From the human T2T-CHM13v2.0 reference genome, Homo sapiens, in the NCBI RefSeq assembly GCF_009914755.1, contig NC_060930.1: 64,000 bases of DNA, one strand, 5' to 3'. Positions 41,166 to 57,508 of this stretch are shown here, piece after piece (the stretch's first letter is position 1; the number at the start of each line of letters is the position of its first letter). The notes under the pieces were generated by a model. The model saw only the letters and a list, made by a program, of their open reading frames with translations, was not told where the DNA came from and made no database searches. The translations under genes and the position numbers were made by a program.

Positions 41166-42754
41166 CAAGGAAGCCTTCTAAGAATAAGTGAACTTTTTAT
41201 AAAGAAAGAAAAGCTAAAAAGAAAAAGCTTCCATAACTTATTAATCAGATAGATATAGCAATAGATAGCTATAGATAGATAGCAGAAATAATTTCATTAA
41301 ATTAGTAATTAGTGGGGACTTTTAATGTTTTGTAGGTTGTTAATCTGGACACATGGTACCTTGTACGTGAGTCTCTTGGTGGATCGTGTTGCTATTATTT
41401 GTTTTCAAAACTTCACTAGATTTGTAAACATCCTGATGCAAAACTATTTGGTATTCCTACATACATACCCAGTAGCTGCATAGGACGTGACATGCATAGT
41501 AAGGATGTAGAAAATATTTAGGGAAGGATACAGGAAAGGGAAGGAAGAAAAAGGAAAAGTTTTAGAAGAGTGAAAAAATTTAAAGGGTAAAATTTTGAGA
41601 CTACGGTATAAAAATATTACAGAGGTGTTTTTTTTTTCCCCATCAGTTTGGGGGTGTCTGGGCCAAAATAAGGCACTCAGACATGCAAGAGTTTCCATCT
41701 TGACAGTGATGGATCCAAAAGGGAACCTGATCCTTTGTCTCCTCCTTGTTCCTCAGGTGCCACATATGCATCTGACTAATGTCAAAACAGAAGGCTGGAC
41801 TCCTTATATAAAAATGTGCTGGCAAGCACTCCTGTGACCTTTAAAATCAATCATTGCAAATGGGTATTCAAGCAAGAGGAAATGATCTACAGCTGGGCGG
41901 TTTCTCGTCTACATCAGCTGGCAAAGAGGCAGACATACAATTACAAGCAGCATGATTTTTGTTTTCAGACTCCCTGCCCAAACCTTCCAGTATTTTCCAT
42001 AGCTTTACTGCAAAAAATAACACTAGCCTCAAGTTTAACAGGATGTGAAAACTCCTTCCATGTCTTGAGACAATTTCCCTCCTATGCTGTTGCTCAGCTG
42101 GTTGGTCTCTTCTTACTCAGCCCAGTGTGATTTGCGTAAATTGCTTTAACAGCCAGATATTAAGAGCAAACATTGGCCTTTCTTATTCCTGTGTTCCTGA
42201 GTTTTCTCTTTATCCAAGTGCACCTGGCAATTCACCCAAATCACGAGGTATTGCCTAGGTTGTATTTATAAGCTCAGTGTGGGTAAACACAGCTGATCAC
42301 TGGCCACTAGTTTTCCTTCCTTGCTGGGTCCTTTCCTTTCCCTTTTCAAGGCTGGCTTCCAACTTCCTACCTTTTGTGGCTCCTTCTGGAAGACCATGTG
42401 GAGTGGGATGTCAGGCAGCAAATGCAGGACCTCTCCAGATCTTGAAAAACAAACAGAAAAGATGGTTTCTAGAATAATATTGCTCCTTATTTCTCCAAGC
42501 TCCTGCTTGTGAAGCTTATCCTTTTTTGTTTCTGAATAGTTGATAGAAATGGACAGTTTCTGTTTTTCCTCTAATGAGGACACACACATGCATGCACAGT
42601 CTCACACACACACACCTTCCTGCAGAAAACATATTTTGTTTCTTTGTTTCTTCTTGGAATAGAAAAGAGGAGGTGGGAAGAGGAAGTTGTTTTGTTTTAT
42701 AGCACATGTTGTTTTAAGGTTAAAAAAAACCCTGATGTATTGGCTTTCAAAAAT

Positions 42755-42850
42755 GTATATTTTTTCATACCAAAAGTATTAGATTGCACATTTAATTGGT
42801 GAATCATATGATATATGAATTATATCTCAATAAAGCTATTTTAAAAATCA
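42755..42850 (+). mobile_element. L1MB/MC 3'-terminal fragment
   Basis: GGTGAATCATATGATATATGAATTATATCTCAATAAAGCTATTTTAAAAA. Confidence 0.7.
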
Positions 42851-42955
42851 TACTATATCAGAATATTAGATGTAAGTCATTTTTTTCTAAAAGATAAATT
42901 TCAAGTACAAGTAAAATAGGTCAGAAAAGACGCTGCTTTCCAAAGCAATGTTAAG

Positions 42956-44913
<1,958 letters not shown>

Positions 44914-46914
44914 GGTAGAGCAGAATAATCAACTTAGAATGTAACATTTTGTCACCAGCTGATGATAAGTAACTACATCACTGAAGAAGTTTACATCATA
45001 TTCAGTAGTGAATCTAATATTATAGATGGAATACTACCAATAAAAATATTTTTGTTTTGAAAAATCTGTCAACTATAATACATATAATGGCCATTGTACA
45101 TCCATCTGCAATTAAAATATGTTCATGTAAATGCTTTTGAATAAAATTTATATGGCATCACTTCCTAAAAAGCTTTTTCAGTACTCTGTTTTCCTCTTAA
45201 TACATCATATGGGAGTAAATTTCAAAATCTCTTAATCTTTGTCCTGTTCTGTTTATGTTTCTCCTTACAAATTTGGGGTGACCTCAAAGTCTTCCTAAGC
45301 ATTAGGAAAGGCTTCTTTTCAACAGGATGGTTTAAAATTAAGTTTGCTAAATAACATGATTGCCATCACACCATTGGCACCAACACCCATAGCAGACATC
45401 GCTAATTAAAGAACTAATTTCTCCTGAAGAGTATAGATTAGACTCAGCTGTGGAGCTCCAGCCAGCTAGGAAAACCTATCTCTTGAACTGGTTATACAGC
45501 TGAAGGAAGTCAGTTCAGTTGTCCAAAGTCCCTCTCACTGTTTTATAATGGTGGTCTCTATTCTACCACAATCACTGTGAGGGTTTGTAATGCCCAGTTT
45601 GAGAAACGTGGTCATGACGTGATTTACTCCTGCTCTTCCATAGTTCTGTAAGAAAAGGAAAAAGTTTTTACCTCTCCAATTTTATAAGCCAGGGAATTTT
45701 CCAGAATATTAATAGTACTGGAAAAGACCCTGAACAGTTAGTGCCGTGGCAGGAGGGTCCAAGCGGCTGCAGAAGAAGCACATTCTGTTCCTTTTCTTCA
45801 CCAGCCAGCCAGACCAAATGAGTGGGTCTCCTCTCCTCTCCGGAGCCACATTCCAGCCTGGACAGGAGAGGTGCCCCCGACACACAGTGTTTCCTACTAG
45901 CAAATGTGCTAAAATTAACTGAAGTTCCTCAAGTCCTGGCTAGGGAGGTAACACCGTCAGCAGAGCTCCCCGTTCCTTCCTCAGCACACTGCTTTCCTTG
46001 CTATCCCTGGGGCAAGTTGTCTTTGGCATCTTGAAGGATTTATACGTGTTGTGTCTTAAATGTGTAACTCATTAGTAATGAGCCAATAGTGGAAATTTCA
46101 GTGAACAGAGCTTTTTACTCCAGTAATTCCAGGTGTGAACCACAAATAGAAAGGTTCTTTTTGTGAATTTTTCCTCTACGGGCGCTAGCTATCTGGTGTT
46201 TGCACCCTGAGTCCTAGGAAAGCTAACACGGAAATAAAGCCTCCCAGTGTTTGTGTCTGTTATCTATAGGTCCTCCTAATATTGCCCTTCTAGGACAAAG
46301 GTGCCTTCCTTTCCAATAAGCTTTCTTCAGGGAGAACGCAGTGAAGGAGCCGGATCCTCTGAGACCAGTTCAGAGGCACCCCCTCTCCCACACAGCCTGG
46401 TGCAGCTGGGGCCGGCAGGCAGGAAGTTTGCCCCACGGGATAGCAGTTGCGGTCCTGCAGGCTCCCTAAGAATGGCATTTGGTCTCCTCAGAGAGGTTGT
46501 TAAAGTCATGTTAGACCTCTAAGGAATTTCCTCACTTACCCCAGGCTGACTCCAAGCCCCAGCACAAACTTTTCACTTTGGATCTCCTCCCCTCACCCAC
46601 AATCCCTTTGGCCTGAGGTGATTTCCTGCCGTCTGGTCAAGACTGGCCCTGGTGCCCTCCCCTCTCCATTACCAGCCTCTCTCCTGTGTCCCATGCAGAC
46701 CCACAGAGAGTCTTGCCTTCTGCTGACAAAACATTCCCATGCTCTGTGATCCTTCCTCTCCAGGGCTCTAGTCTCTTTCTGGATCTCTTCAAATCAATAT
46801 TCCGCTTCCTAGAAAGCAGGAAGTTGGGCCAAAGCACAACAATATGGCTGCCGGTAGAGCGATGTGGCAGGAGAGAAAGTGACATGGGCTCAGAGGCACA
46901 GCCTGGGGAGCGCT

Positions 46915-47075
46915 GTTCCTCACTTGCCTCCTAATCTTGGGCAAATCTCTTACCTGCTTTGAGACTTTGTTTTTTCATCCTAAAAAAGATTATACTCTTA
47001 TCCCAGGAGTAATTAAATATTCTATTCAAGGCATTCAGTACTGGGCTGGCAACAGGGTGCTTCTCGATATTAGTA
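46915..47075 (+). mobile_element. MIR fragment
   Basis: ATCTTGGGCAAATCTCTTACCTGCTTTGAGACTTTGTTTTTTCATCCTAAAA. Confidence 0.6.
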
Positions 47076-47244
47076 TTACTTGTTAACAGTGGCATTTATC
47101 GAAGTATCTCCTGAAGAAACTAATCTCATGATTCACTGTAGCAAATAGGGTTCAAAATTCAAATATGCTTGGGAAATTTGAACTGTGAACTGAAGCTTAC
47201 ACCAGGCCATATGGAGATTTATAATGATCACAGGTAGTTCTTCC

Positions 47245-47410
47245 CCTGGACAAGCTACTTAACTTCTCTGCCTCCATTTTCTCATTCATAACATGGGGGC
47301 TAATAACAGTTTCTTCCTCTTATTATTTTTGTGAGCACTAAATTAGGTGCCCTATATTAAATGTTTTGCAAAATGCCTGCTGTATCACATATGTGCAACA
47401 AATGTTAACA
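47245..47410 (+). mobile_element. MIR SINE
   Basis: GGACAAGCTACTTAACTTCTCTGCCTCCATTTTCTCATTCATAACATGGGGGCTAATAACAG. Confidence 0.8.
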
Positions 47411-47457
47411 AGTAGTATTAGAATTAAGTAGTAGTATTACAATTAAGTAGTATTACA
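47411..47457. repeat. short tandem repeat, ~3 copies of AGTAGTATTACAATTA
   Basis: AGTAGTATTAGAATTA AGT AGTAGTATTACAATTA AGTAGTATTACA. Confidence 0.8.
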
Positions 47458-47924
47458 GTTTATAGTGCTATCACTATTTAATGATACTGAAAATTCCTAA
47501 AATTAAAAACAACAAATAACACCGTCTTTTTAATGTTGCTGAACTGTTGCAATGTTGCAAACTTTATTTGGCCAGGGATCTCTTTTCTGGTGACCAGTGG
47601 GAAACACTAGCTAAAGAATTAAACCTTTGAGAGATATTTGGTTTGGAACAGAAAGCACCTGAAGATATTGTGTCTTGATCCAAATAACTTTTCAGCCTCT
47701 AGGATTTCCCCCGAACTCTTATTGGCATAATGGTTCATGCTGTCGGAGAAGAAATGTTGAAGATGGTGCAGTAGTGTCTGACTTGTGGGCTTCAGTGTCC
47801 AGACAAGAGAGCATCCTAGCAGAGACCCAAGAACATGGATCTAATGCTCAGATGGAACAGAGTCTAAATCCTCACTGAGTATTCTTTATTATTTTGGAGG
47901 AAGGAATAAAGAGAAATTTTCTAA

Positions 47925-48050
47925 TCTCACTAAACTTCAGTGTTCTCATCTACAACATTAAAAATAATTGTACCTACCTCATAGGATGGTTATATAGTAT
48001 AGTAAATGTCATGTAAATTAACCTCAATAAAGTCTGTCTCCTAGTTATTA
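47925..48050 (+). mobile_element. MIR fragment
   Basis: CTTCAGTGTTCTCATCTAC...TAATTGTACCTACCTCATAGGATGGTT. Confidence 0.7.
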
Positions 48051-48056
48051 TCACAA

Positions 48057-48409
48057 TGTATTAGTCTGTTCTCATGCTGCTAATAAAGACATACCCAAGA
48101 CTGGGCAACTTATAAAGGAAAGAGGTTTAATGGACTCACACTTCCACATGGCTGGGGAGGCCTCACAATCATGGTGGAAGGCAAGGAGGAGCAAAGCCAC
48201 GTCTTACGTGGCAGTAGGAAAAAGCTTGTGCAGGGGAACTCCCATTTATAAAACCATCAGAACTCATGAGACTTATTCATCACCATGAGAACAGTATGGG
48301 GGAAACTGCCCCCATGATTCAGTTATCTCCACCTGGCCCTGCCCTTGACACATGTGAATTATTACAATTCAAGGTGAGATTTGGGTGGGGACACAGCCAA
48401 ACCCTATTG
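48057..48409 (-). mobile_element. MaLR solo LTR THE1 (THE1C/D-like)
   Basis: TGTATTAGTCTGTTCTCATGCTGCTAATAAAGACATACCC ... GAGATTTGGGTGGGGACACAGCCAAACC. Confidence 0.93.
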
Positions 48410-48988
48410 CATTATATCATTAGAATCTTTGTTATTATTATTCCAGATTCTCTGCCTGACTGGTATGTGACCTTTCACATCATACACTTGTATGTCTGGA
48501 AATTCCTTACAGACTTTTCAGGGTTGAAAGAGAAAATGGACGTGAAAAGTGTGGCCTTGGAAAACACTCACTGGGTAGAACTCCATTCCTTCCCCTGGCT
48601 TGCAGGACAGCCAATGTATTTCATTTTTTACTGTGCCTCATTGCTTCTTATATGGAGACATTGCTTTGACCAGACTATAAATCTTGAAAAACAGATTGAA
48701 TATTTCCTCCCCTTGCTCTACCGTTCTCTAAGTACCTGGAATATGCTGAGCTTATAGGAGAGTATCAGATTCACTGCATGAAAGGAATAATGGAAAGTCA
48801 GGTATTAAACCTGACCAGTGTGGGAGAAAGTTTCAAACTACCATCTTTCTAGAACCTTCAAATTAAAACCAAAGAGAAAAACACATTAAGAAACTCTTGT
48901 CTGGCTTTGTGTCCCAGAAACAGGCACCATCTGTTCTGTGGAAAAGGGCAAATTTAACTCTTGGCATGCTTTATTCTTTCTGAATTAA

Positions 48989-49306
<318 letters not shown>

Positions 49307-49390
49307 TAAGTTAAATTATTCTTATGTGAGGTGTGCCTTAAATTCAACCTCAGAGTCCTCAACTTGAGGAAGCAAAATCCTATGGGTAAT

Positions 49391-49571
49391 TTTTAACTGT
49401 TATTTTTAATTGGCATATAATAATTTTACATATTTATAGAGTATAGCGTGATATTTTGATACATGTATACAATGTGTAATGATAAAAATCAGGGTAATTA
49501 GCACTCCATCCCCTCAAATATTTATCATTTCTTTGTGTTGGGAACATTCAAAACCCTCTCTTCTAGCAATT
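49391..49571 (-). mobile_element. L1MA 3'-terminal fragment
   Basis: TTTTGATACATGTATACAATGTGTAATGAT...CAGGGTAATTAGC...TTTATCATTTCTTTGTGTTGGGAACATTCAA; TSD TCCTATG(G/T)GTA. Confidence 0.88.
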
Positions 49572-50715
49572 TCCTATGTGTATTTTGTCTTGCAGAATCT
49601 GATCCTCCCAGAATTGGTCTGCCAGTTTCCAGGTCCTAAATAGCTCCCAGAACACTGCAGAATGGCTAACAGCAGTCCCCTAGTGTAGAAGTCAATGTCA
49701 CCTACTTTGTTCTGAAGATTGTGTACTAAGGTAATTAAATGAAAAAGGAAACTTCTCATCTCTGGATGTCTTATGATCTCAAAATTCTACCTTATATAAC
49801 TATTCAGAAGGCAGGAATAAGCGTCATAGGATGGCCATAACATGCAAACAATTTTATATTAGTTACATTTTCATTTATACTCTCTTTATTGTAAAAGTTG
49901 AGAAAATAACAAAATTAGCCATAGAAGTATATCTCCTTTGGGGAAAACTAAATTAACATGTAGTTTATTATTAGATAAATTCACTTTGTTGAACAATCTG
50001 ATTCATTTTTTAAAAAATAAAATATAGTAGGTAGTTGTCTGCTTCTTTAGTCAGTAGTCAGTGCATTCCTGGAAAACAAGGGCTTTACCTTCTAGTGTAA
50101 TAAACTTCCTTTAAGCATACTTAAAATATAGAAATTAATGTGCGCAGCTTTCATTGCCTAACCCATCTATTTCATGAGAAGGACCATATCTGAATTCTTG
50201 AAGACAGATAATATAATGCGAAGCTTCCTATTTATTTAAAAAATCAATGGTGCCAATGTGTTTCCATTATGCCAGACACTTGCCAAGCATTCAGTTTCTT
50301 GAGACTGAAAATTTTAATTTAGCAGCGTTTCTTACAAATGGACATGAATAATGAATTTGGGTGCATTTTATTGTTTGTTTAGTTGTTTCAGTTTGAAGTG
50401 AATAGAAATATGTGGCCATGTCACTTTTTTCAATATATTCCACGAATGTACACAAGACACTGTGAAGGAAACACTGTTTGGGTCCAAAAGCAATACTTCC
50501 TAACAAATTTCCTTTAAAAAGCTGTAGTAAGATAACATTTCTTGTCTTTATTATGTAATAATAATAGTAAATCCCATTAGTATTGCATTTGAGATTCCTA
50601 TGCAGATCTTCAAATGTCCACCCAACCATATGGCAATATTGAAGTCCTTCTTTTAAGTCTTACTTTGGGTTGTTTTAGGAAAGAATTTACGACTCTCTTT
50701 GCAAAGTGCCAGATC

Positions 50716-51050
50716 TACCAGAAGAGGGCACTGTGCTCCTAATTCACTCCGAAAGAAGCAAACATTCTCACTTTGAGAAACAGCTCTGTGTCCTGTCTTA
50801 TCCCAGAAGATTCCAGGGGCTGAAAAAGGAATGTTTACACCAAGCATCTATTGCATTTGGATGGAGATGAAACGGGGAAGTCGTAATGAGTTCAATAGTT
50901 CCAAAGGCAAGAAAACAAAGGTGACAACTATTTACTGGTTTGTCACCACTTCGAGTCATTTTTCGTCCATGCCACACGGTGGCGCCTCTTCATCAATTAT
51001 AGCTGCGCTGCCGCAGGGAACCCGCAGACAACTTCGGTCCCAAAACCTGG
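50716..51050 (+). promoter_or_regulatory. candidate CTCF/insulator element
   Basis: CCAGAAGAGGGCACTG (50718) and CCACACGGTGGCGC (50972) resemble the CTCF core CCASYAGRKGGCRS; dense CpGs at 50870-51040 in an AT-rich background. Confidence 0.45.
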
Positions 51051-51709
51051 AGTTGACAATCAGCACTGTCACTTTGAAAGTATATATATATATATATTTT
51101 ACATAAGCAGAAGCTTTATGGAGAAATTTTGTAACAGCTTAGTTTTCTTTTTTTCCCTCTACTTATAAAAATTTTCTTCTTTTAGAGAATGTTTTCCTGT
51201 TAGAGATGATCAAGTGTTGGTTCAACGAAACAGAGAGCTATTTTCTTTGTATCTGGGGGATTTTCACCGGTCCCTGAGCAGAGTCTCCATTCAATGTAGA
51301 GAATTCTCAGCTGCACCTTGTCACTTGTTTCCACTACTAGGTTAAAATTCTCTCAGCAAAACTAAAGGAAAGCTTTATTTTAAGCAATCCATCCATAACA
51401 ATCCACCTGTCCAAGCCATGAAAAAGATAAATTTTTAAGGAATATAATTGTATTACTCATGTTGCAGTTAGGTTTTCAATTATGAAGAGCTTAGCTGGAT
51501 AATTTTCTAACTCATAATACTGGCTCTCAATTTGCATTTTGACTTGTACAGTCTCGTGAGCTTGAGACATTTCTGGGCTGTACTGCAGAAACTGGAGCCG
51601 CGGTCTCTCTTTGTCACATTAGAGTGCTGCACTTTCTAGAAAGACAAAAGAAGAGAGCAGCCTGGGCGTCAGTGGGCTTATGTAAGGAATGCATACTGAT
51701 ACGATGTCA

Positions 51710-52390
<681 letters not shown>

Positions 52391-52499
52391 AAATGGAAAA
52401 TACGGTAAAAGAACAGATGAGAGATAAGAAGAACTTGAGTTAAACCTCTAACAGTGAGTATGGCAGGAAGCATTTAAGACACAGGGACAGATAGATTGT

Positions 52500-53410
52500 G
52501 AGGACTGGATAAATGAATGAAATCTATGATAATTCCAAGTTTATGGCTATGTGAATGAGAACACTGTGGTGCCAATTCACTAAAGCAGGAAATAGATAAG
52601 AACAAAGAATTATAGAGTAAGATGAGTTCTGTTGGGGATATAATACATTTGAAATGAATGCATAACTCCAAGTTGCTATGTCTAGTCCAGTTTGGAGGCC
52701 AGGAATTATCAAGATACAAATAATGTTGAACCCTCAGGAGAAAATGAAATGCTGAAGAGCACTGACATTTAAGCCTGGAAGCTGCTGAATTGCAAAAAAC
52801 ATATTTATGGCCAGCTCAGAATTGTTTAAGTTAAAAAATATATTGAAGCCTCTACTTGAGACTTGTATTCTCCCATTTGGCTAAGGATTCCTTTATTTCA
52901 AATTTTCTTAAAATCAACAAGAATGCTTGCTCACATCACCTTCTTGGCCACCATAGTTACTGAGTTTGCCAGCCCAGATATAAGGAGTGGACAGGGTTTG
53001 AGAAAAACTGAAAGATTGGGAAACAATGATGAGAGACAACATAACCAGGAGAGAAAAGTATGAAGCAGAAAGAAGTTTGCAGCAATCATTCTGTTGAATG
53101 CAACAGAGAAGGTCAATGAGATTGGTCTCAGAAGCAATTTGACTTTTCTTCTAATAATTCATGAAGGAGATGCATTTTTTCAACAAATGTCTGTTGAGCA
53201 CCTTCTCTGAACCTGGTAGTATGTTAGGACCGAGTGAGACGACAATAAACAAGATAGATGTAATTGATGTCTTCGTAAAATTTATAGGCCAGAGGCCATA
53301 GAAAATATAGAGGGGATACAGAGAGATGAAACCTATGAAAAATGTGAGTGCCTGATGCTATCAGGGAAGAGGAAGAGTGCCCGGGACAGTCTCCTTGAGA
53401 AAAGGACATC
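52500..53410 (-). mobile_element. L2 fragments
   Basis: GATGAGTTCTGTTGGGGATATAATACATTTGAA ... TGTTGAATGCAACAGAGAAGGTCAATGAG; CAACAAATGTCTGTTGAGCACC at 53181. Confidence 0.65.
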
Positions 53411-53859
53411 TGCTGGCCATTTCTGCTTGGGTATCCGGCTTCCTATGGCTAGGACCAATCTGGCTTAGCCTTTGGCTTTCTGCTCTTCTTTGGCTCTGCA
53501 CATTCTCCTGGTCTTAGAGTTGCTTTTAAACCAGGCCCCGTCAAATGGGTGGAATCTTTGTATTCCTGCCATGGGCCCAAGGAACCCCATTAACCAGGTA
53601 GATAAACTTTTCCCTACATTTATGAAAAGAGGAAAAATTTAAGTGGAAACCAAGTCATTTCAGATATTAGGCCATATGAGCTTTTTGACACGTAAGCTTA
53701 TCAGTTTCATGAATGTTAATTTAGAATGCTACACATTGGCACCTAGAAGTCTGAAATGAGGAGACAGAGCTGAGATTATGGGAAAGTCAAGGCTGCTAGG
53801 ATTTGCAGGAAGAGTATGAGAGAGGAGAGAGACGCACGGAGAGAAAATTCCAGGAGTTT

Positions 53860-55745
53860 TCCCCATTAAGTATTCAGTTGACTACGAATCATTTCATGCG
53901 GAAGCCAGGGAGAAAACCACTTGAAAGGACTAGAGGGAACAGTGCCTGGAGGTCACACAAGCTGGGAATAATGCTAGCGCCTGTTCACAACAGCCAGAGT
54001 GGAAATCTCACAATTTATCAGGTAGAATACTGAGACGAATTTTGCTTCAGTAGTGGGAAACAATCAACCCTAGACTAAATGCTGCGATTTTCACCAACAA
54101 AGCATAAAAGCAGATTTGAGGATTAAACCTTTTCCAAGTAACTTAGGAGTGTTCCAGAATAAAGTTCAAGAATATTTATATTAATATAAAAACATCTGGC
54201 AACCAACATGGTAAATCTTTAAATATCTGGCATTCAGTCAAAAATTACTGCAAATAATTTTTGCAAAGAAGCAGGAAAATAGAGTCCATAATGAGAGAAA
54301 AAAAGTCAGTCAGTTGAAACTGACCTAAAGATGTCAAGGTGATCGAATTAGTAGACAAGGGCATTATAATAGTTATTATAACCATATTTCATATGTTAAA
54401 GACACTAGCAGAAAGATTGGGCCTGGGTAAGAGAAACACAGACGATATTGAAAAATTCAGTTAAAATTTCTAAAGATAAAAATTACAATGCTTTTGATGA
54501 AAAACAAGCTGGATGGGGATATTTCCTGGTGAAAAGATTGAATTTAAAGGCAGCTATAAAGACTATGCAAAACGAAACTCAGTGAGAAAAAAGACAAAGA
54601 AAACAAATAAATAAAAAATCAATTAACTATGAAACAATGTCAAGGTGCCAAATGTATTAATTGGAATCTCTGAAGGAGAAGGATAGGGTTAGAAAAACAA
54701 TTTGAAAAAAATCATAGCTGAAATTTTCCAAATATAATGAAAAACCATAAAACCAAGATCTGGGAACCTCGAGCACAAGAAACATGAAAAAAGTTACAAC
54801 AGAGCATATCATAATCCAATTGTTTGATACTAATGGTCAATAGAAAGCAGAGAAAATACCCATTACATGCAAAAGAATAAAGATAATGATAACAAAATAT
54901 TTTTATCAGAAACAATACAAAAGAGTAACATCTTTAAAACACTGAAAGAAAAAACTGTGTCTAGAATTTGCTACCTGGCAAATATATTTTTCAAAAATAA
55001 GGTGAAGTAAAGATTTTTTAGAATACAAAAGCCAAAAGAATGTATTACTAGTGGACTTTCACTACAAGAAATGTTAAAGGAAGTCTGACAAGCAGAAGGA
55101 AAATGATACCAGACAGAAACCTGGATATGCACAAAGGGATGAAGATCATCACATGGTTGCTAATTGCATGGATTAAAATAAAGGCTTTTGCATATTATTT
55201 AAATTTGTTTACAGATAATACACCTTAAAGCAAAAATATGTGTCATGGGGTTTATAACACATGAAGAAGTAAAATATACGACAAAAATAGCAAAAAGCTC
55301 TGAAGGGAAGAAATGGGATTTACTGTTGTAAGTTTTTGTGTATAAAACAGTAAAATATCACTTGTAGGTAGACTGTGATACGTTAAAGGTACACATTCTA
55401 AACCTGTCAACAACCACTAAAATATCACTACTAAGAGTCACAGCCAGCCAACAAAGGAAATAAAATGGAACTATACATAACACTCAATCCAAAATAAAGC
55501 AGAAAAAGAAAGAAAAGAGAACAAAGGACAAACATAACAAATAGAAAACAAGATTATAAATTTTAACCCAACAATATCAATAATTGTATTAAATATAAAT
55601 GGTCTAAATACCCCCTATTAAGAAACAAGTTACCAGATTATCTTTTAAAAAAATCAAGACCCAACTATATACTGCCCAAAAGAAATTCACTTTAAATACA
55701 AAGACAGAAATCAGTTAAAAGGATTGAAAAATATATAGCACTATT
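53860..55745 (+). mobile_element. old L1 (L1MC/L1MD-type) 5' region with decayed ORF1 and ORF2 start
   Basis: A-rich; AATTGGAATCTCTGAAGGAGAAG and ATCATAGCTGAAATTTTCCAAAT (ORF1); TTAAATATAAATGGTCTAAATACCCC and CAAGACCCAACTATATACTGCC (endonuclease LNVNGLN/QDPTICCL). Confidence 0.88.
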
Positions 55746-56724
55746 CAATATGAACTTAGTACATGAAGGTTATTTTGTTATGAACAAGTGGCAGCCTGTT
55801 CATAACTGTAAGACAGATGAAAATAAAACTTTATTTTATTAGAATATAATCACATTTTATAGCATCTACTAAAGGAAATGAAGCTCCTAAATTGGAGAGC
55901 AGCAGTTTATATTGTTGATTCCAGCCACCAAGAGAAAACATTGTTACTCCTTTGTCCCAGTATATACTGACAGAATTCTTCAAATGATGCTTAAGTTGGT
56001 AAGAAAGACAATTTCTGTAGAAACTCAGAAGGCGTGGCCTTTCTTTGGAAAACTGTTGTTTAGAAGTTCCATCAACTCTAGCAGTGACACTGGGATGCAG
56101 GAGCAGCCTTAGGGAATCTGGAGTGACCCTCGAAGCTCCAGCCAAGGTTGGTCAAAAGCAGGAAAGGCAGCTCAAAGGGCTCCACTGATAAAAAGACACC
56201 TGCAGCTTCTGTCCTCACCGTGACCGCAGCTGACCCTGAGCTGGAGCCGAGCTAACTTAACGTTCTAGATTATGTTTCCTAACTCTCATCTTGAAATGAA
56301 ACACCCTCCTAACACCTTGTGCTTTTCCACTGAGAACAGATCATAATTCTAATAAATTATTTATTTGTGTGACTTTTTCCCAGCGTATACATAGCGAATG
56401 ATTTTTACTTTCATTATTTAAAAAATATGCATGTATACTTTTTATTTTGGAACAGTTTCTCACAATAAGTTGAAAAATTAACACAGATAACACTTGCATA
56501 TCCTTCTCCTGGCTTCTCCTCATGATAACATCTTAAAAGCAATTAAACTGACATTGGTACAATAAAATTAAATTACAGACCATATTTTGATTTCATTAGT
56601 ATTTGCATGTACTATTGTGGTGGGGGCGGGCGGCAGTGCAGGTTATGTAGTTCTATGAAATGTTATCGCCTAAAACACAGTCATGTAACTAGCACCACAA
56701 TCAAGATATAGAACTCTTCCACTA

Positions 56725-57508
56725 TGTAGGGTCCTCCAGTTCCCCTGATTTCTTTCTGTGTCCTGATCAAAAATCACAGAATGAGTCAGGCACTGTGGCT
56801 CATGCCTATAATCCCAGCACTTTGGGATGCTGAGGCAGGAAGATTACTTGAGGCCGGGAGTTCTAGACCAGCCTGAGCAACATAGTAAGACCCTATCTCT
56901 ACACATTTTTTTTAAATTGATGGGCATAGTGACATTCACCTGTAGTCCCAGCTACTCAGGAGGCTGAGGTAGGAGGATCACATGAACCCAGGAGGTTGAG
57001 TCGAGGCTGCAGTGGGCTATGATTGTGCCACTTCACTCCAGCCTTGGTGATAGAGCGAGACCCTGTCTCTATTTAAAAATATAAAAAAACACAGAGTGCC
57101 TTGACTTCTCTGTGAGACAGACAGCTGTAGGTTTTTCCCAGCAAGTTTGAACCTAAATCAGAGCCTTGAACATTTTCAGGTACTGACTTCAGGCACTGAA
57201 ATGTATCTAGGTTGTTGCCCAAAGAAACTGGCCCTGGCTCTGAGCCAAATTCCTTTAAATCTCATATGAACTCCCTACCCTGACCTTCTTGCTGCAGACG
57301 TACCTAGGCAGAACACTCCCTTTCTCTCGCCATATGTAAGCATGTTCCCTTAATAAATGCCTTGCACTGATCACTCAGCGTTTAGTGCTTCTCTCTTTGG
57401 AACCCCAACCAGCCCCCTGTCTGGACAGTTTGGGGCACTACCTTGTGGGAAATCACCTGGCATTGCTTTTGGGGAGATGCCAGCTGTGGTTCAACAGGGC
57501 AAAAGACA
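56725..57508 (+). mobile_element. ERV1 solo LTR (MER66-like, subfamily uncertain), interrupted by AluJ
   Basis: TGTAGGG...AAAGACA ends, AATAAA at ~57352, ACTA flanks; the LTR sequence is continuous across the Alu TSD. Confidence 0.65.
56784..57083 (+). mobile_element. AluJ nested in the LTR
   Basis: AGCAACATAGTAAGACCC and GAGGCTGCAGTGGGCTATGATTGTGCC (J-type); TSD AAAAA(T/A)CACAGA(A/G)TG. Confidence 0.93.

Noticed and set aside
48266-48757. 163-aa ORF
   Set aside because: Starts in an antisense THE1 LTR and continues into featureless DNA; no homology recognised
53693-53706. AGCTTATCAG(TTT) resembling the miR-21 5' end or part of U2 snRNA
   Set aside because: Only 10-11 nt match; no hairpin and no flanking U2 sequence
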